The notes below the pieces were generated by a model. That model worked only from the letters and a program-made list of their open reading frames with translations, made no database searches and was not told the origin of the DNA. From contig JAQFVV010000004.1 in assembly GCA_028023455.1 (NCBI GenBank), positions 12,896,001-12,960,000 on the forward strand: 64,000 nucleotides of DNA, in the 5' to 3' direction. Of the stretch, positions 1 through 12,640 are shown piece by piece (positions within the stretch are counted from its first letter, which is position 1; each line of letters starts with the position of its first letter). The stretch is from Epiperipatus broadwayi (Eukaryota; Animalia; Onychophora). The position numbers and the translations under genes were made by a program.

Positions 1-305
1 TCTTTATGCTTACCCAAACTGTTTTTCACAGAGGTAAAACTGTCCATACAGTAGCACCAATCAATGCAAGCCAGAGTAATCAATGGATGCAAGAAGATTT
101 GTGCGTAAAATTCTTATCTAGTGCCTACTCATCCAATATCTCCAGACTAGTTTCTAGCTTGCTGGCTGTCATCAGTGGGGAGCCTTGGATCTGAGAGCAC
201 TCACTGCATCTAGATCTTGGGATCTAATGCAACCCTCCAGCAACCACCTTTTACTTTTTTAGCTAACTATAAAGCTATTTTATGGAGAGTTTTGCCTCTG
301 TATTA
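1..305. mobile_element. Family A HHR-bearing PLE-type non-autonomous element, fold-back copy cut by the window edge
   Basis: Inverted arm 1-~275 switches to a short sense end atggagagttttgcctc at 281-300; same sequence as about nine other copies. Confidence 0.8.
139..180 (-). ncRNA. minimal type-I hammerhead ribozyme motif (best family A copy)
   Basis: Minus strand CCCCA-CTGATGA-CAGC CAGCAA GCTA-GAAAC TA GTC-TGGAG. Intact core, palindromic stem III ACTAGT, GUC site; non-canonical closing pair of stem II and one stem I mismatch. Confidence 0.7.
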
Positions 306-616
306 TACATTAATCTCTATGTTATTATCTGTAGTTGAATATATTTGAAAAGCTTAAATAAAGTTTGAATTTTTTGAAAGACATTTAACATTACAAATAA
401 AACCTGCTATTATAAACTTTCAGATCAACACTAGTACTTAGTAAGCATCTAATACCATATCAAAATTTAGACATTATGAAAAATTATGTCTAAAACTGGC
501 CAAAATAAAAAATTTGTAAGTTTGCAATTAAAACTTCCAATTCACTCTTAGAGAACAAACATAATTATTCAGAGAGAAAATGAGGCTGTAATCAATAAAA
601 GAATAAATATTGTCAA

Positions 617-720
617 GCGTTGTTAGACGAGAGGTCATCGCACCTGCCTTGCAAGCAAGTAGTTGGTTGCAGACGGGTGTGGGTTCGCGTCCCGGCAGAT
701 GCTATGACATATGAGAAAGA
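617..720 (+). mobile_element. tRNA-shaped short SINE, TGC-loop subfamily
   Basis: A-box-like GACGAGAGG, loop CTTGCAA, B-box-like GGTTCGCGTCCC, tail atgacatatgag plus A-rich run; related copies at 17401, 32149, 62381, 62879. Confidence 0.7.
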
Positions 721-929
721 ATAAATGTTCAAACATTTTCAAATACCAAATCTTGCATTGCATTTATAATATAGAATGTTTACTAAAAAGTATACATACT
801 GATGAAGATTTTGCAAGATTTTTTCAATCAGTAAGAAAATCATATTGTAAATTACATGAAAAAATACAAGAACATTAAAAAAAAAAAAAGAAATATCAAA
901 CAAATATTGTATCGTACAACCTAGTAGCA

Positions 930-1030
930 TCTTAAACATCACATGATCACTATTCCTTATGCTTGCTCTTAACTGTCATTGAAACAGACTTGCACTGAGT
1001 GGCAATATGTATAGAGAGTTTTGCCTGTTT
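930..1030. mobile_element. Family A short fold-back copy
   Basis: Inverted tail aaacatcacatgatcac...aaacag followed by the sense 3' end cttgcactgagtggc...gagagttttgcctgtt. Confidence 0.7.
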
Positions 1031-1975
1031 CCATACTAGTTGTGCTAAATATCTGACGGATGCTGGAAGTTCTAGTCTAGAAAAAATAATTTTTGACATC
1101 ATACTAATATCTTTTTATTAGGTATAAAGGCTACAACTGAGAAGTTGTCTCAAAAATTTGTTTTTCGGAGAAGTATCAGAAATACTCTAGAGAATTAAAA
1201 CACTTTCAAGAGATGAGCAACCCACATCAAACATCTATTTTAAGAAGGAAGCCTATTCCATATCTCAGACAAATTTATAATCATTTTCCCTGCTTGCCAG
1301 AGCACTGTTATATCTATAATAGATGATAATAAAATAAGAGAGTTTTTCTCAACAGGGCAATTCATGCAAGTGGCAAAAAATCTTTTGCTAGTTAAAGAAA
1401 CAAAGCTCTGCCTAAAATTCACAAGGACCACGTTAAAGTCTTTTGTTAATTCTAGAAATTTACCTTGTCAAGCTTGGCAAGATTTCTTTTTAAGATCTGT
1501 AGTCATTTGGCATATAAGACAATGACCATTGTCAAAAATTCTAAGCACTTGGTATCATTATCAAAGAATATAAAAATAGAAAGAATTGTCATATTGGAAA
1601 GCTTCGATGTGGAAAGTTTACTCACAAATTTACCCTGTGATGAAGCACTGTCTATTGGAAAGAAAAGATTAAATAATGATAATAGCTTATAATCCATAAC
1701 AACTCTTCCTATTGATAATATAATGGAACTTAACATTCTGCATAATAATAACATACTTTTAATACAACAAAGTATTCTTCCAATAAATCAAAAGATAGCT
1801 ATGTATTTATTGTTGTCACCACTATTATAAATACTAATACATTTTTATCTAAAATCTGCCTTTAGTATGTTGATACATTTGTTATATGGCCACATTGTGA
1901 AGCATTATCACAAACATTATGGAAGTTGTTGTAGCAGGACTGCTTTATGGAAATATCACAAATACAGTTTACAAA

Positions 1976-2128
1976 GTGTGATATGTTGGACTATTTCTAT
2001 CAGTTGTTTGTATTTGGAAAGTTTGAATAAAGTTTAAAATTTTCTGTACATTCAACATTCACTCATAGATGATAGAAATAGTCCAACATATCATATCTAA
2101 TAATATACCATCATCACAAACCTTCAGA
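1976..2128. mobile_element. Family D fold-back mini-insertion with 17-bp TSD
   Basis: 24-bp inverted arms (1979-2002 / 2070-2093), ~35-nt tail, flanked by caaatacagtttacaaa at 1959-1975 and 2129-2145; same family as 35554-36069. Confidence 0.7.
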
Positions 2129-2309
2129 CAAATACAGTTTACAAAATCCTATATAAAAAAAACTCTAAGCATATACATTCAGTCATGATAGAAGGACTAC
2201 AAGTGGAGTTTTGCTATCATTATAGAACAGAGCAAAAAATATTTGTTGAGAAACCAATGACTTGGAAAAAGAAAATTTTTATCCAGAACAAATTCATGAA
2301 TTATTATCC

Positions 2310-2578
2310 ATCAACTAAGAGAATCTTAAGTAGACAACAAAAAGAAACAACATATATATATACAAGAGATGATAATAGATGGACAATTGAAATTTTAAAC
2401 TGGATTCCAAGAGATTGTAAAAGACCCAGAAAGAGACCACATGTGAGATGGATGGATGGAATAAGAAAGTCTGCAGGGGTGATGTGGAGAAGAAAAGCTA
2501 AAGATTGGAGAAGATGGATTGAACTTGGAGAGACCTTCATCCTGCAGTGGATTGATAATGGTTGATGATGATGATGAT
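2310..2578 (+). mobile_element. RTE-clade LINE 3' end fragment
   Basis: RWTIEILNWIPRDCKRPRKRPHVRWMDGIRK...W..LGETFILQW motif followed by a (GAT)n tail. Confidence 0.8.
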
Positions 2579-3181
2579 ATGTTAATATATTCATACATAC
2601 TAGGAATAGAAAATTACCAATCACATAGTATCAGAATAGTTTTCCAAAGATATAGTACATTACCAGAAATTTTAACTTCTATAAAATCTAAACTAGAATT
2701 GATGAAAAACAAAAATTTCATTTACAGAAAATTATGTAAGGTAGGGTATACTTCAGTGTAACCAGACAGCTTATTAAAACATAATTAAAAGAGTGTAAAA
2801 AATGATTTAAATTAACTTCATTGTAATAAGTCATAATGTTTCAAAATCATTTCTTAACATTGCCCTCAAGACAAATTGGAAAAGTCAGAAGGCCTTACGT
2901 AGATAAGTATTTAAAATCTTGCATAAATCTACATTCTCATGATAATACTGTTACATATCAGGCTAGCAACACCTGAAGAAAGGAGAATGCCATTCAAAAT
3001 ATTTTGTTATATCCTACCCTGTGGTCTATTGCAAATAGTTGAATGTATTTCAAAAATGTAAATTGAATTTGTCTTAAAATATTTAACATTTTATTCTAGA
3101 TGATGGAAATTGTTTAATATATTATTATTCTGATTTATATATAATAAATATTAAATACTATTTTTGTTCTCTTTATTGTAG

Positions 3182-3318
3182 ATTTTCCTTGTATTGACAA
3201 CATTGGTATTTGGAGGAAGTCATCAATTTATGGCTCACATGGCTAAACCTACATACTCTGATTCAAAAACATTACTAGATGGCGGCATGGACTTGAATAT
3301 GGACTCGGGAATGGCTGA
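3182..3318 (+). CDS. TMEM208: TMEM208 (Snd2-like ER membrane protein) internal coding exon, 137 nt
   Basis: tttattgtag acceptor and GTAAG donor. Translates IFLVLTTLVFGGSHQFMAHMAKPTYSDSKTLLDGGMDLNMDSGMA(E), matching the TMEM208 DGGMDLNMEQGMAE signature as recalled from the human protein. Confidence 0.95.
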
Positions 3319-3831
3319 GTAAGCACTCTTCATTGCAGAATATTGTATTTTAATAATAAAAGTAGTTATGAGTAATGGTTGTTATTATTATTTGACAGAG
3401 GATAGTTTTATGTCATATTATATTTTTTCACACTAAAAGTGTTCATTTGATTATTTTTAATATTGTTATATAATATATACATATGTGTATGTTTGCATTG
3501 ATTATAATTTTAATTTTATATATTTATTGTTTTCGATGCTTTTTTTTAAATATTTCTCTCTAATATTTTGATTAGTTAGCAATCTCTATCCAAATTAGAT
3601 TTATTTATTTGAATTATCATTTACTCCTAATTTTTTTTTCAAATTGGAAATTGTATTGTAACTTAAAATTCAAACAAATAAAAGTTAAACTTTGAAGAAA
3701 ACTGCTGACCAAGTGAAATGTTGCTTAGGCAATAGTTAATTAAAAAATGGCAACGAAAACAATCAAGTATGGAATTATAATTTTCAATCACTGTATTATA
3801 ATATATTTGTATATATTGTCTTTTTTAATAG

Positions 3832-3916
3832 GCATGCTAAGGATTTAATTATTCTTACAGCAGGTGTCCAACTTGTAACACTGATCTCCAATTATTTTTG
3901 GTTACTATGGTTTTTG
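3832..3916 (+). CDS. TMEM208: TMEM208 internal coding exon, 85 nt
   Basis: ttttttaatag acceptor, GTAAG donor. Phase-2 join completes E; reads HAKDLIILTAGVQLVTLISNYFWLLWFL (cf. human [28 protein letters not shown]). Confidence 0.95.
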
Positions 3917-4344
3917 GTAAGAATCAATTGACAGAATATTCTTTATTTGCAACTTTCTTTTTCCAGTTTTTAATTTAATTTTCTTATTGTCTAAAGTATT
4001 TAGTCATAAAAATGTTTTTTTTTTTAATTATGAATTTTATTATTATTTACAATAATTACTACATTTTGATTTTATATAAATAATCAACATTAAAGGAAGA
4101 TATTGGTTTTGAATTTGCATTTTCTGAGATTGTTAAAACTTATTGTTCGTTTAATTGTCTTTATTGTTGGGATTACACTGATATTAATGTTGTTTATAGT
4201 TTATTAGTTGAAGATTTGGCAATCATTTCTGATGACTGGTAATCATAATTATAGTCTTAGGAATAGAAGTAATTTCTTTATATTTCCTGAATTAATAAAG
4301 TAATAAGTAATAAGCCTTATTAAAATTTTCATTAATAATGTGAT

Positions 4345-6125
4345 TATCATCATCATTTTTGATCATTACCAATTCACTGCAGAATGTAAGTCTCTCCGAG
4401 TTTAATTTAGCTTCTCCGAACCATAGATTCTCTTCTCCACATCACACCAATAAACTTTTTATGTCATCTATCTATCCCACATGTTGTCTCTTTTTACTAC
4501 ATCTTTTATAATTCCCTAGGATCCAGTTTAAAACTTTACCTGTCCATCTACTATGTCTTCTAGTAATATGTTCAACCAGCCCTATTTCAGTCTTAAATCT
4601 TTCAGTCTTAGTAATACCTATTCTTTCATCTATGTACTTTGTTTTCATTCCGTTCCTCTTATGCTCAATATACATCTTTCCATCCTTCGTAAAGCAATTT
4701 AATATGGCTCTTCTTTTAAATGTCCACGTTTCAGATCTATAAATAAAAATTGGTAAAACGTGGTTTATTAAAAACTGTTCTTTTCAAATCATAGTCATAT
4801 ATCCTTCTAATACGAAATTGTTTTATTAAAAATATTCCATCCAAGTTTAATTTTATAAATAATTTCATCCATTATGTTTTCACTTGTATTAATAATCTGA
4901 CCAAAAACAACCCCATCATCTGTTAAATCAGTATGGTTTATCTTCCTTTGTTTTTACTCTCTTGGATTGCCATTTTAATTCATAAATTACTTTTTGCAAA
5001 GCTGTTGAAAAAGTTTTGAAGATATGAAGTTACTCTCCTTTACAAGTTTTAATCTTCTCAGCATCTAATCATTGCTGTTGCATTGATAATAATTATTTAG
5101 AAAATACAGTTTCTCATATTCAAAATTTGAATCCCTGTAGAAATCCTTATAAAGTTAAATGTCTTTTCATAATCTATAAATCCAAAGCATAATGGAAACT
5201 CATATTCATTGGTTCTCTTCATAACTTTTCTCACTACTTAGATGTGATCCTATGTGCTAAAACTATTTTTAAATTCAGTTTATTCTTTTGGATGGTTAGA
5301 ATTCAAAGTTGACTGCAAACAAGTTGTAATTATCTTGATAAAGACTTTGTATAAAAACTGATAGGAGATTTGTAGGTCTGTAATTTCTAATATATTTTTA
5401 TCACATCTTAAATATCAATATTATTATTACAGTCTTCCAATTATCTTATATATCTTTATCATTTAGACATTTTGTATATATTTCTTCAACTTGTTCTTTT
5501 AAAATATCAATAATAAGTCCATCATTTCCTGAAGCTTTTCTTTCTTTTTCATAGATTTAAATGAATGTCTCACTCTTCATTTAAAATACTTGTTAATTTA
5601 GATGTAGTAATTGCAATGGATATTTTATGTTTGTTTTTTATTATTATTACATAATTTTTCATAGAATCTTTCAACATATTTTCTGATATCTTTTTTTTAA
5701 TAATAGTCCCATCTTTGCTTCTTATTGTTAAAACAACTTTCCTTCCATTACCAAGACATTGTTTTACATTTTTGAGATTTTTATTCTCTTCTATAACTTT
5801 TCTTTCCAATTTACCAAACTCTAAATATTCAATTCTTCTTAATAGATCATTTTTAAAAATGTTCATATTCTTTCTTTTTTTCACACATCGTCTTGTCTCT
5901 TAATTTTCTTACTGATTTAAAGCAAAGTCTGAACCATTTTCAATATCTGTTAATATTCTAAAATGATTTGGAAGTTCTAATTTAAATTTGTTGGTATGTT
6001 TCTGAAGGTTATGTTAATAATATTTTTCTTAATAATTTTTGTCTCTCTAGTTTTACAATAACTCATATCATACATCTTACTAATTGATGATTACTTCCTT
6101 GTGTTGAATCTAATAAAAATATTAC
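4345..6125 (-). mobile_element. degenerate RTE-clade LINE, RT and 3' part
   Basis: (ATC)n tail at 4345 and ...ILQ. end on the minus strand; RWTGKVLNWILG fragment (ORF 4472-4675); many stops and frameshifts. Confidence 0.7.
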
Positions 6126-6225
6126 AATCTTGATATATAAAATAGTTTACTTCCCGTTATATATAAATAAACACAAAAACTTATAAGTAAAGTTTAAAAG
6201 AGAAGTTATAAATAAATATAATAAT

Positions 6226-6268
6226 AAGCTGAACATTTTCGAGGATCCAGGCCTCATAATCATAGCTT
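6226..6268 (-). ncRNA. hammerhead ribozyme variant (A3:U8) in the inverted pLTR
   Basis: AAGCT-ATGATTA-T-GAGG CCTGGAT CCTC-GAA AATGTT C-AGCTT. Confidence 0.7.
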
Positions 6269-6546
6269 TCTTAAAAATATATAATAAAATATATGCAAAA
6301 ATATTTAAATTAGCATGTGTTATGTGGCCCATTTCTTTGATATATCAAAGCAAGTGGCTTTTCTATTTATAGCATTAATATTTTCATTAATGTAGAATGC
6401 TTCTTTTATTTTTCTCTTATGATCATTCGATTATGTACATATAATTACAGGATTAGTCTTTTGAAATTAGAAGCTGTATTCACCCTAAATCTAACTCACC
6501 TGCATCACACAAATTTTCTGGTTTAAATTCTTTCTTATTTAGAAAT

Positions 6547-7023
6547 TTGCATCTCTATGAAACAGACAGAAAAGAAAATATGAATAATTTTATTAAAGAT
6601 TTAATGACAGCAGGTTTTAAATTTAAATCTATTAAAAATAAAATTATTAAATTCCATAATAAAATAAATAATATTGTACCACGTATTCAACTTCCTAGAA
6701 TTACCATTCCTTACATTTTTAAAATATCTAACAAACTAACTAAAGCATTAATCAATAAGTTTAAAATAGGATTTAAAACTCCTCCTAATTCTAACAGATT
6801 GATCAACAACTCAAAGGATCATATTGATCGATCATTCACCCCACATGTAGTATATTCCATTTCATGCCCTCAAGACGGATGCCAAGCTGTATATTATGGT
6901 GAAACTAAAGCTACTATTAATACTAGACTTGCTCAACATCTATACACTTACAATAGAGCTCAGAAGAACAACAATACATCTGTATTTTTGGAGCATGCCA
7001 TCCAAATCTGGACACAATTTTAA
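6547..7023 (+). pseudogene. Penelope RT C-terminus / GIY-YIG endonuclease fragment
   Basis: VVYSISC..CQAVYYGET...RLAQH GIY-YIG motif; continues by frameshift as ...RKIKETFYINGNINAINRK to ~7164. Confidence 0.85.
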
Positions 7024-7203
7024 CCTGATAATCTCGTAATTATATGCACAGAATCGAATGATCATACAAGAAAAATAAAAGAAACATTCTATATTAATGG
7101 AAATATTAATGCTATAAATAGAAAAGACACTTGCTTTGATATATCGAAGAAATGGGCCACGTAACACGTGCTATTTTAAATATCTTTGCATATATTTTTA
7201 AGA

Positions 7204-7246
7204 AAGCTATGATTATGAGGCATGGATTCTCGAAAACGTTCAGTTT
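7204..7246 (+). ncRNA. hammerhead ribozyme variant (A3:U8) in the Penelope pLTR
   Basis: AAGCT-ATGATTA-T-GAGG CATGGAT TCTC-GAA AACGTT C-AGTTT; palindromic stem III AACGTT, UUC site. Confidence 0.72.
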
Positions 7247-7321
7247 ATTATTATATTTATTTATAACTTCTCTTTTAAACTTTACTTATAAGTTTTTGTG
7301 TTTATTTAATCTTGATATATA

Positions 7322-8030
7322 TATTTTCTGTTAGTCAAAAGTATAATCCAATTCTTCCTCTATCTTCATTTGGATACTTTCATATTCATTTCCATTTAGC
7401 ATTTTTCTCAAACGAAAATTCATAATATGCAGATTTTCTTTTCCAGTATACTCTATAAGTCTATATATTCTCTCATTTCTATCCCCATTATCAAGTTTAT
7501 CTACAGCATTTTCATTTTTAATTTATTTACCAATTCTAACATTAAAACCTCATGACAATTTTAAAGTAATGTTTGGTCTGATCAAAAGTATTTCATACAT
7601 TTATATAAAAATTTTCTATTTCTCTATCATAAAGAGGAGTTGTTGGGGTGTAAACCTGAATTATCTCTTTGGTGTCTTCCATTAAGTTGAGTAAAAATCT
7701 TGCCATTCCATTTGATATATCCATCAGTCTTCATAATGTTGTTCTTCCAGTTTTTATTTATAATGATTCCCACTTCACTTGTTCTTTCAATATTTTGTCT
7801 TTGTATTAAAGTACCTGCATACTTTTTAAATCAATTGTCTTTTCAACTTTTCTTTTAACTTCATAAAGTTTGACAGTATCTCACTTAATATTAGACACTT
7901 CTTCCACTTTGTGCAGTCTTCCTTTATTTGAATGTGGTCTGCAGTTTTAGGTATATAAACAAAAGATTGCCATTGTATTTTAGCCTGAGTTCATAATCAA
8001 GGGATTCTTAACTATCTCTACCCTTGGCTA
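7322..8030 (-). mobile_element. 5' (endonuclease-side) continuation of the same degenerate RTE, split by the Penelope insertion
   Basis: Same strand and composition as 4345-6125, resuming right after the Penelope TSD. Confidence 0.5.
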
Positions 8031-8174
8031 GTGATCTTTGTAATAAAGATCATAATTTAGTTTTGTTAATTCGTATTAAAAAACAAAAATACTTTTTCTT
8101 ATAAAAAATAGTCTATTAATCCAAATTGATAAAAAATGTTAACATCATTTTTTAAAAAACTTGTTTTTATTATA

Positions 8175-8790
8175 TGAATTATTATAACAAATTACATATA
8201 TTCATCAGAATATCCAAAATATCATCTAAAAAATATTTATAAACCTAATAAATATAAAATTAAAAAATTCCATATTAGTTTAATGCAAAAAAATTTAAAT
8301 TAAAAATATACAGTTTTTATATAACCAAATAGTAAAATACATATATCTTTTTTAAAATACTTTTCTCTCTAACAACTCCCATTTCCTTTATACAAAATCA
8401 TTTTTTTAAAAAACTCCCACACTTTAATTATCTATAATTATTTTTATCTTTATCTCTAAAAAATTCAAACATTTAATAATATAAACTGAATTCATTATTT
8501 CCAAAAAATTATAATCTTTATTATTATAGGTAATTAAAATGGAGAGTTTTTTTATTTATAAAGGAAATGTGAGTTGCTAGAGTGAAGAGTATTTTAAGGT
8601 AGATATAATAGGTACTTTTCTTTTTGGTTATATATTTTTAATTAAAAAAATTTTTTGCATATGGAATTTTTTACGTTTGTATTTGTTATATTTATAAATA
8701 TATATTTTAGATGATCCTTGATAAAGACTATATAATATAGTCGAAACATTGTATATTTTGATGTATATATGTGAATTGTCTGGCTTATTG
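8175..8790. repeat. old AT-rich fold-back (arms ~8175-8395 / ~8555-8790) with decayed HHR
   Basis: Arms align as diverged reverse complements; TTGATAA-A-GACTATA TAA TATAGTC-GAAAC ATT GTA at ~8718-8752. Confidence 0.55.
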
Positions 8791-9756
8791 AAATATAATT
8801 GAGGCATAGATTAAGATGGGTCCCATTTTTTTCTAATAGTTCTGGCTTGTGTTTTAAAATTTAGAGTCCCATGTGATGTCATTATTCCATCTGATTGGCT
8901 AACACGTAAGCATTTTTAAAGCGTATCTGTTTGAAGGTGTTTAGCTTTCACGTTATTATAATAGTTCATATAATAAAAACAACTTTTTTTAAAAAAAGTG
9001 GTGTTAAATTTTTTTTATCAATTTAGTTTTGTCTGTATAATGTATGTAAATATATATAAAAAAAACATCAATCCCACACACATTTATCCTGCCTTCAAGA
9101 AAACTCATTTGTTATTTCAATTAAGAACTATAACACAATTGAGAATTAAGAACATGATATTTGTTGATCTTCAACTTGAAAATAAGATATCAGTACTCAC
9201 CAACCTGGTCAATATGCATTACTGAACAGCTCATCTATATTTGTTTACTATATGAATAAGCACATTGTAATAGCAGTTGCAATGAGAAGAACATAGAGGT
9301 GGATTTTAGCAACTTACTCTACTCATTTCCTTTAAAACTTCAAAGAAAAATAAACGGTTTCCTTTCAATTAGCAGCAAATTTCTCTCTATAGCTTATCTA
9401 ATTATAGGATTATGCCTGTCTGTTAAAAATTTTAGTGGTTTTTTTTTTTTTTTTGGTAATAATTACTTTACATATTTTTCTGTCTTGGAAGATCCTATCT
9501 GTAACCAGAATACAATTGTCTGATATAATTATTATAATTATAGTAGAACATAAAGATTTATCTTTTTCATCAGTTAATAATTTAACTGCTTTTTTTTTTT
9601 TTTTCAACATATAGTGAATTTATTATTACTTTTGTAATCAATGAATACTTTCAACAGGAAATTAATAACCTACAAAGAAATTAATTAAATGTAGCAACAG
9701 CTTTTAAATTTTATAATAGCAAATCACTTTTAGTAGTTCTAAAATAATGTTTTGTG

Positions 9757-10020
9757 TCAAACCACTAAACATCACATGATCACCATTTCTTATGCTTGCT
9801 CAAGCTGTTAAAACAGGCATAACTCTCCATACAGGAGTGCCACACAGTGCAAGCCAGAGTAATCAATAGGATGCCAGAAGTCACAAGCTAGATACTAGTC
9901 TGGGGATATTGGATGAGTAGGCACTAAATAGGGATTTTATGCACAAGCCTTCTGACATCCATTGATTACTCTGGCTTGCACTGAGTGGCACTACTGTATG
10001 GAGAGTTATGCCTGTTTTAA
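9757..10020. mobile_element. Family A fold-back copy
   Basis: Inverted tail plus ~75-nt inverted 3' end, switch at ~9880 to a sense arm starting inside the HHR and ending gcctgttttaa. Confidence 0.8.
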
Positions 10021-10856
10021 TAATATTTTCTGATTAATAAAAAACTAAGATCAATTTGAGTTACATTAAATTTTAATAGAAAAAGTTTGAAATGTTATAA
10101 TTTTTTTTGGCTAAAATTGGACATTATATTTAAATACATAATTTGAAATAGCACAAATAATTAAAATTGAAAGAATTTACTGTATATGATGAAATACAAT
10201 ATTATATGTGAAGTAATGTTAATCTGCTCAAAGAATTACATTTTAATAGCAAATGAAATAAAAAATACACAGTCAAAAACATAGACGAGTATTTACATAA
10301 ATATGTGCAGGGGAATGAAGATGGACTCTAATTTTAATTTTTTGTTTATTAAGAAACAATGATTTATATTTTCTCGATGATGGATTGAAGACAAATTCTC
10401 ATTTTAGAAATTATATGTAAAGATTAGATGAATAGTATTTCCGATAGAAGAAAGCAAAATCTTTGCGAAAGAAGGCTATCGGAAGATGTATTAGAGAACA
10501 GGTTATAGCTTTATAAAGAAGATCAATGAAATAAAAAATATTCCATTGTTTTTATAATTAAATCTAAGTATTTGAGCTCCTTGAAAATCGGAACTTATGA
10601 ATGATATTATAGTAATAGATTAGTAATATATGATTTAGAAAAAAAAAGCATTACTATAATACTTGGATTAAGGATAGCATTAACATGACTTATGCCAGCT
10701 GATCTTTTAATTCTAACTAATTCTGCAATGGTTATTGTTAAGAGTTTATCCTACTAATCCACACCTTTAGACTCTTCTATCTGTATTTTGATTGGTTTGC
10801 CTTCATTCTGTTAAAACTTAATGTTAAAAAAGAATCCACTCAGTCACTTTAATATT

Positions 10857-10956
10857 AAACTACCAAACATCACATGATCATCATTCCCTATGCTTACACA
10901 AGCTGTTAAAACAGAGGCAAAACTCTTGCACTAGGTGACGCTACTGTATGAAGAGT
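10857..10956. mobile_element. Family A fold-back fragment fused to a LINE
   Basis: Inverted tail 10857-10927, sense piece 10928-10956; it supplies the spurious ATG of ORF 10948. Confidence 0.75.
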
Positions 10957-12640
10957 AGGAATTCAGGTAAACAGTTATATATGAGTTTTATAGATATAGA
11001 GAAGGCATATGATAAAGTAAATAGAAATAGATTATGGATAAGTTTAGTAAATTTGGTAATGGATGGAGCTTTAGTAGATATTATAAAGAAATTATATGAA
11101 AATAATTATTATATATATCAATTAGGGAATATAGAATCAGTTAAAGTTAAAAATGGTGTGGGACTAAAGCAAGGATGTCCTTTGTCACCTATTTTGTTTG
11201 TATTGTATTTGAGTGAAATGGAAAGAGCAATAGAAAGATTAGGAAGAGGGATAGAGATACTGTTAATAGGTAGTAAGGGAGTATATATTTTGTCAGGTCT
11301 TTTTTTTGCAGATGATATATTTTTGTGGGCAGAAAGAAGAGAAGATATGGAAGTTATGTTGAAGACATGTGCAAGGGTGGGTAAAGAGATGGGGATTAAA
11401 TTTAGTGAAGAAAAATCAAATATAATGATGATTAATACTGGGGAAAGAGAAGATGTAGAATTTTTGTTGGGGGATATTAAGTTAAGTGTGGTGAATAGAT
11501 ATAGTTATTTGGGGATTATTTTAAGTAATCAGAAAAATTATTTGGATGAATGGGAGAAAAAATTGATAAATGAAGCAAAGAAAAGAAAGGGATTGATAAA
11601 GAAATTAACAGTGTTTTCATATAATAAATATGATGTAGCTAGAATTATATGGAAAGGAGTTGCAGTAGCAGGTTTAACATATGGTAATGATGCATTATAT
11701 GTTAGTAATGGGGTATTAAATTACTTAGAAAAAGTTCAAAAGGAAGTAGGAAGACATGCATTGGATGTAGATATATGGACAGCAAGGGAGGCAATTCAAG
11801 GAGAAATGGGATGGTCAAGTTTTCATATGAGAGATGCAAAAAGTAAAATGAAAATGTTTGGTAGATTGCCGTTTATGGATAATAAAAGAATAGCTAAAAT
11901 AGTATTTAATTGGGTTATGAGTAAAGGGCAGGTAACAAGATGGGTGAGAAAGGTAATACGGTATGCAAAAGATTTGGATAAAGAATTTATATCTGTATAT
12001 TTGTATAAAAGATGGGATGATTGTGTTAGGAGGATTGTTGAGTGTTATAGTGGTAAGGAATGGGATAAAAGAATAGATTTACTAATAAAGAATAGGGAAT
12101 TAGAGAGATGGAGAACTAGTATGGAGAGTAAAAAGAGTTTAAATATATATAGAAATAAACAATATTAGGTGTGACTTAATTTATGATAATAGTAAGGAAA
12201 GTAGTTTATTGTTTAAGGCTCGAGCAGGATCTTTAGCAACAAGAGAATATACATGTAAATGGAAAAATATGGGTGATTTATTTTGTAAATTATGTAAGGA
12301 AGGAATAGAAAATATTAGGCATTTGTTAATTGAATGTAAATGCTTGAAAACAGAAAGGGCACATATAATGAAGTTATGGGATAATAAATATGAAAAAGTG
12401 ATTATACAGAAAGTGGATTATTGGTTTTTATGCTGGGTTTGGAAAAAGATAAGGGGGATTTAGATATAAAGGCTGTAGAGTTGACAAAGATTATGTTGTG
12501 GAAATGGGATGGAGCAGAATATGGGGAAAATTAGACTGGGGATTGTAAAATTAAGTAGCTAACAAGTTTTTCTTGGTATAATTGCTGAGAGATTCTTGAC
12601 TTCGTTTAAGGAGTAGCTACAGTACATCACGTCACATCAC
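10948..12640 (+). mobile_element. 5'-truncated non-LTR retrotransposon (RT + C-terminal Zn knuckle), relatively young; clade uncertain (RTE-X-like)
   Basis: 406-aa open frame with FIDIEKAYD, GLKQGCPLSP, FFADD, YLGI motifs; one frameshift near 12165 joins the CKLC...IRHLLIEC frame; ends in short (CACAT/CACGT) repeats. Confidence 0.9.

Larger units (their letters stand above)
6140..7307 (+). mobile_element. 5'-truncated Penelope-like retroelement with inverted 5' pseudo-LTR and 14-bp TSD
   Basis: 6140-6425 is the reverse complement of ~7065-7307 plus a ~25-nt tail; GIY-YIG ORF in between; aatcttgatatata at 6126-6139 and 7308-7321. Confidence 0.9.

Noticed and set aside
6-194. Short ORFs 6-194, 44656-44898 and 52675-52908 with similar translations
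   Set aside because: They are incidental frames of the non-coding family A repeat.
1240-1754. Minus-strand ORFs ending in a WNRLP-like motif (possible CR1/L2 remnant)
   Set aside because: A single short motif with no RT core support.
1-3181. Upstream TMEM208 exons
   Set aside because: No segment with splice sites and a fitting translation found; they probably lie before the window.
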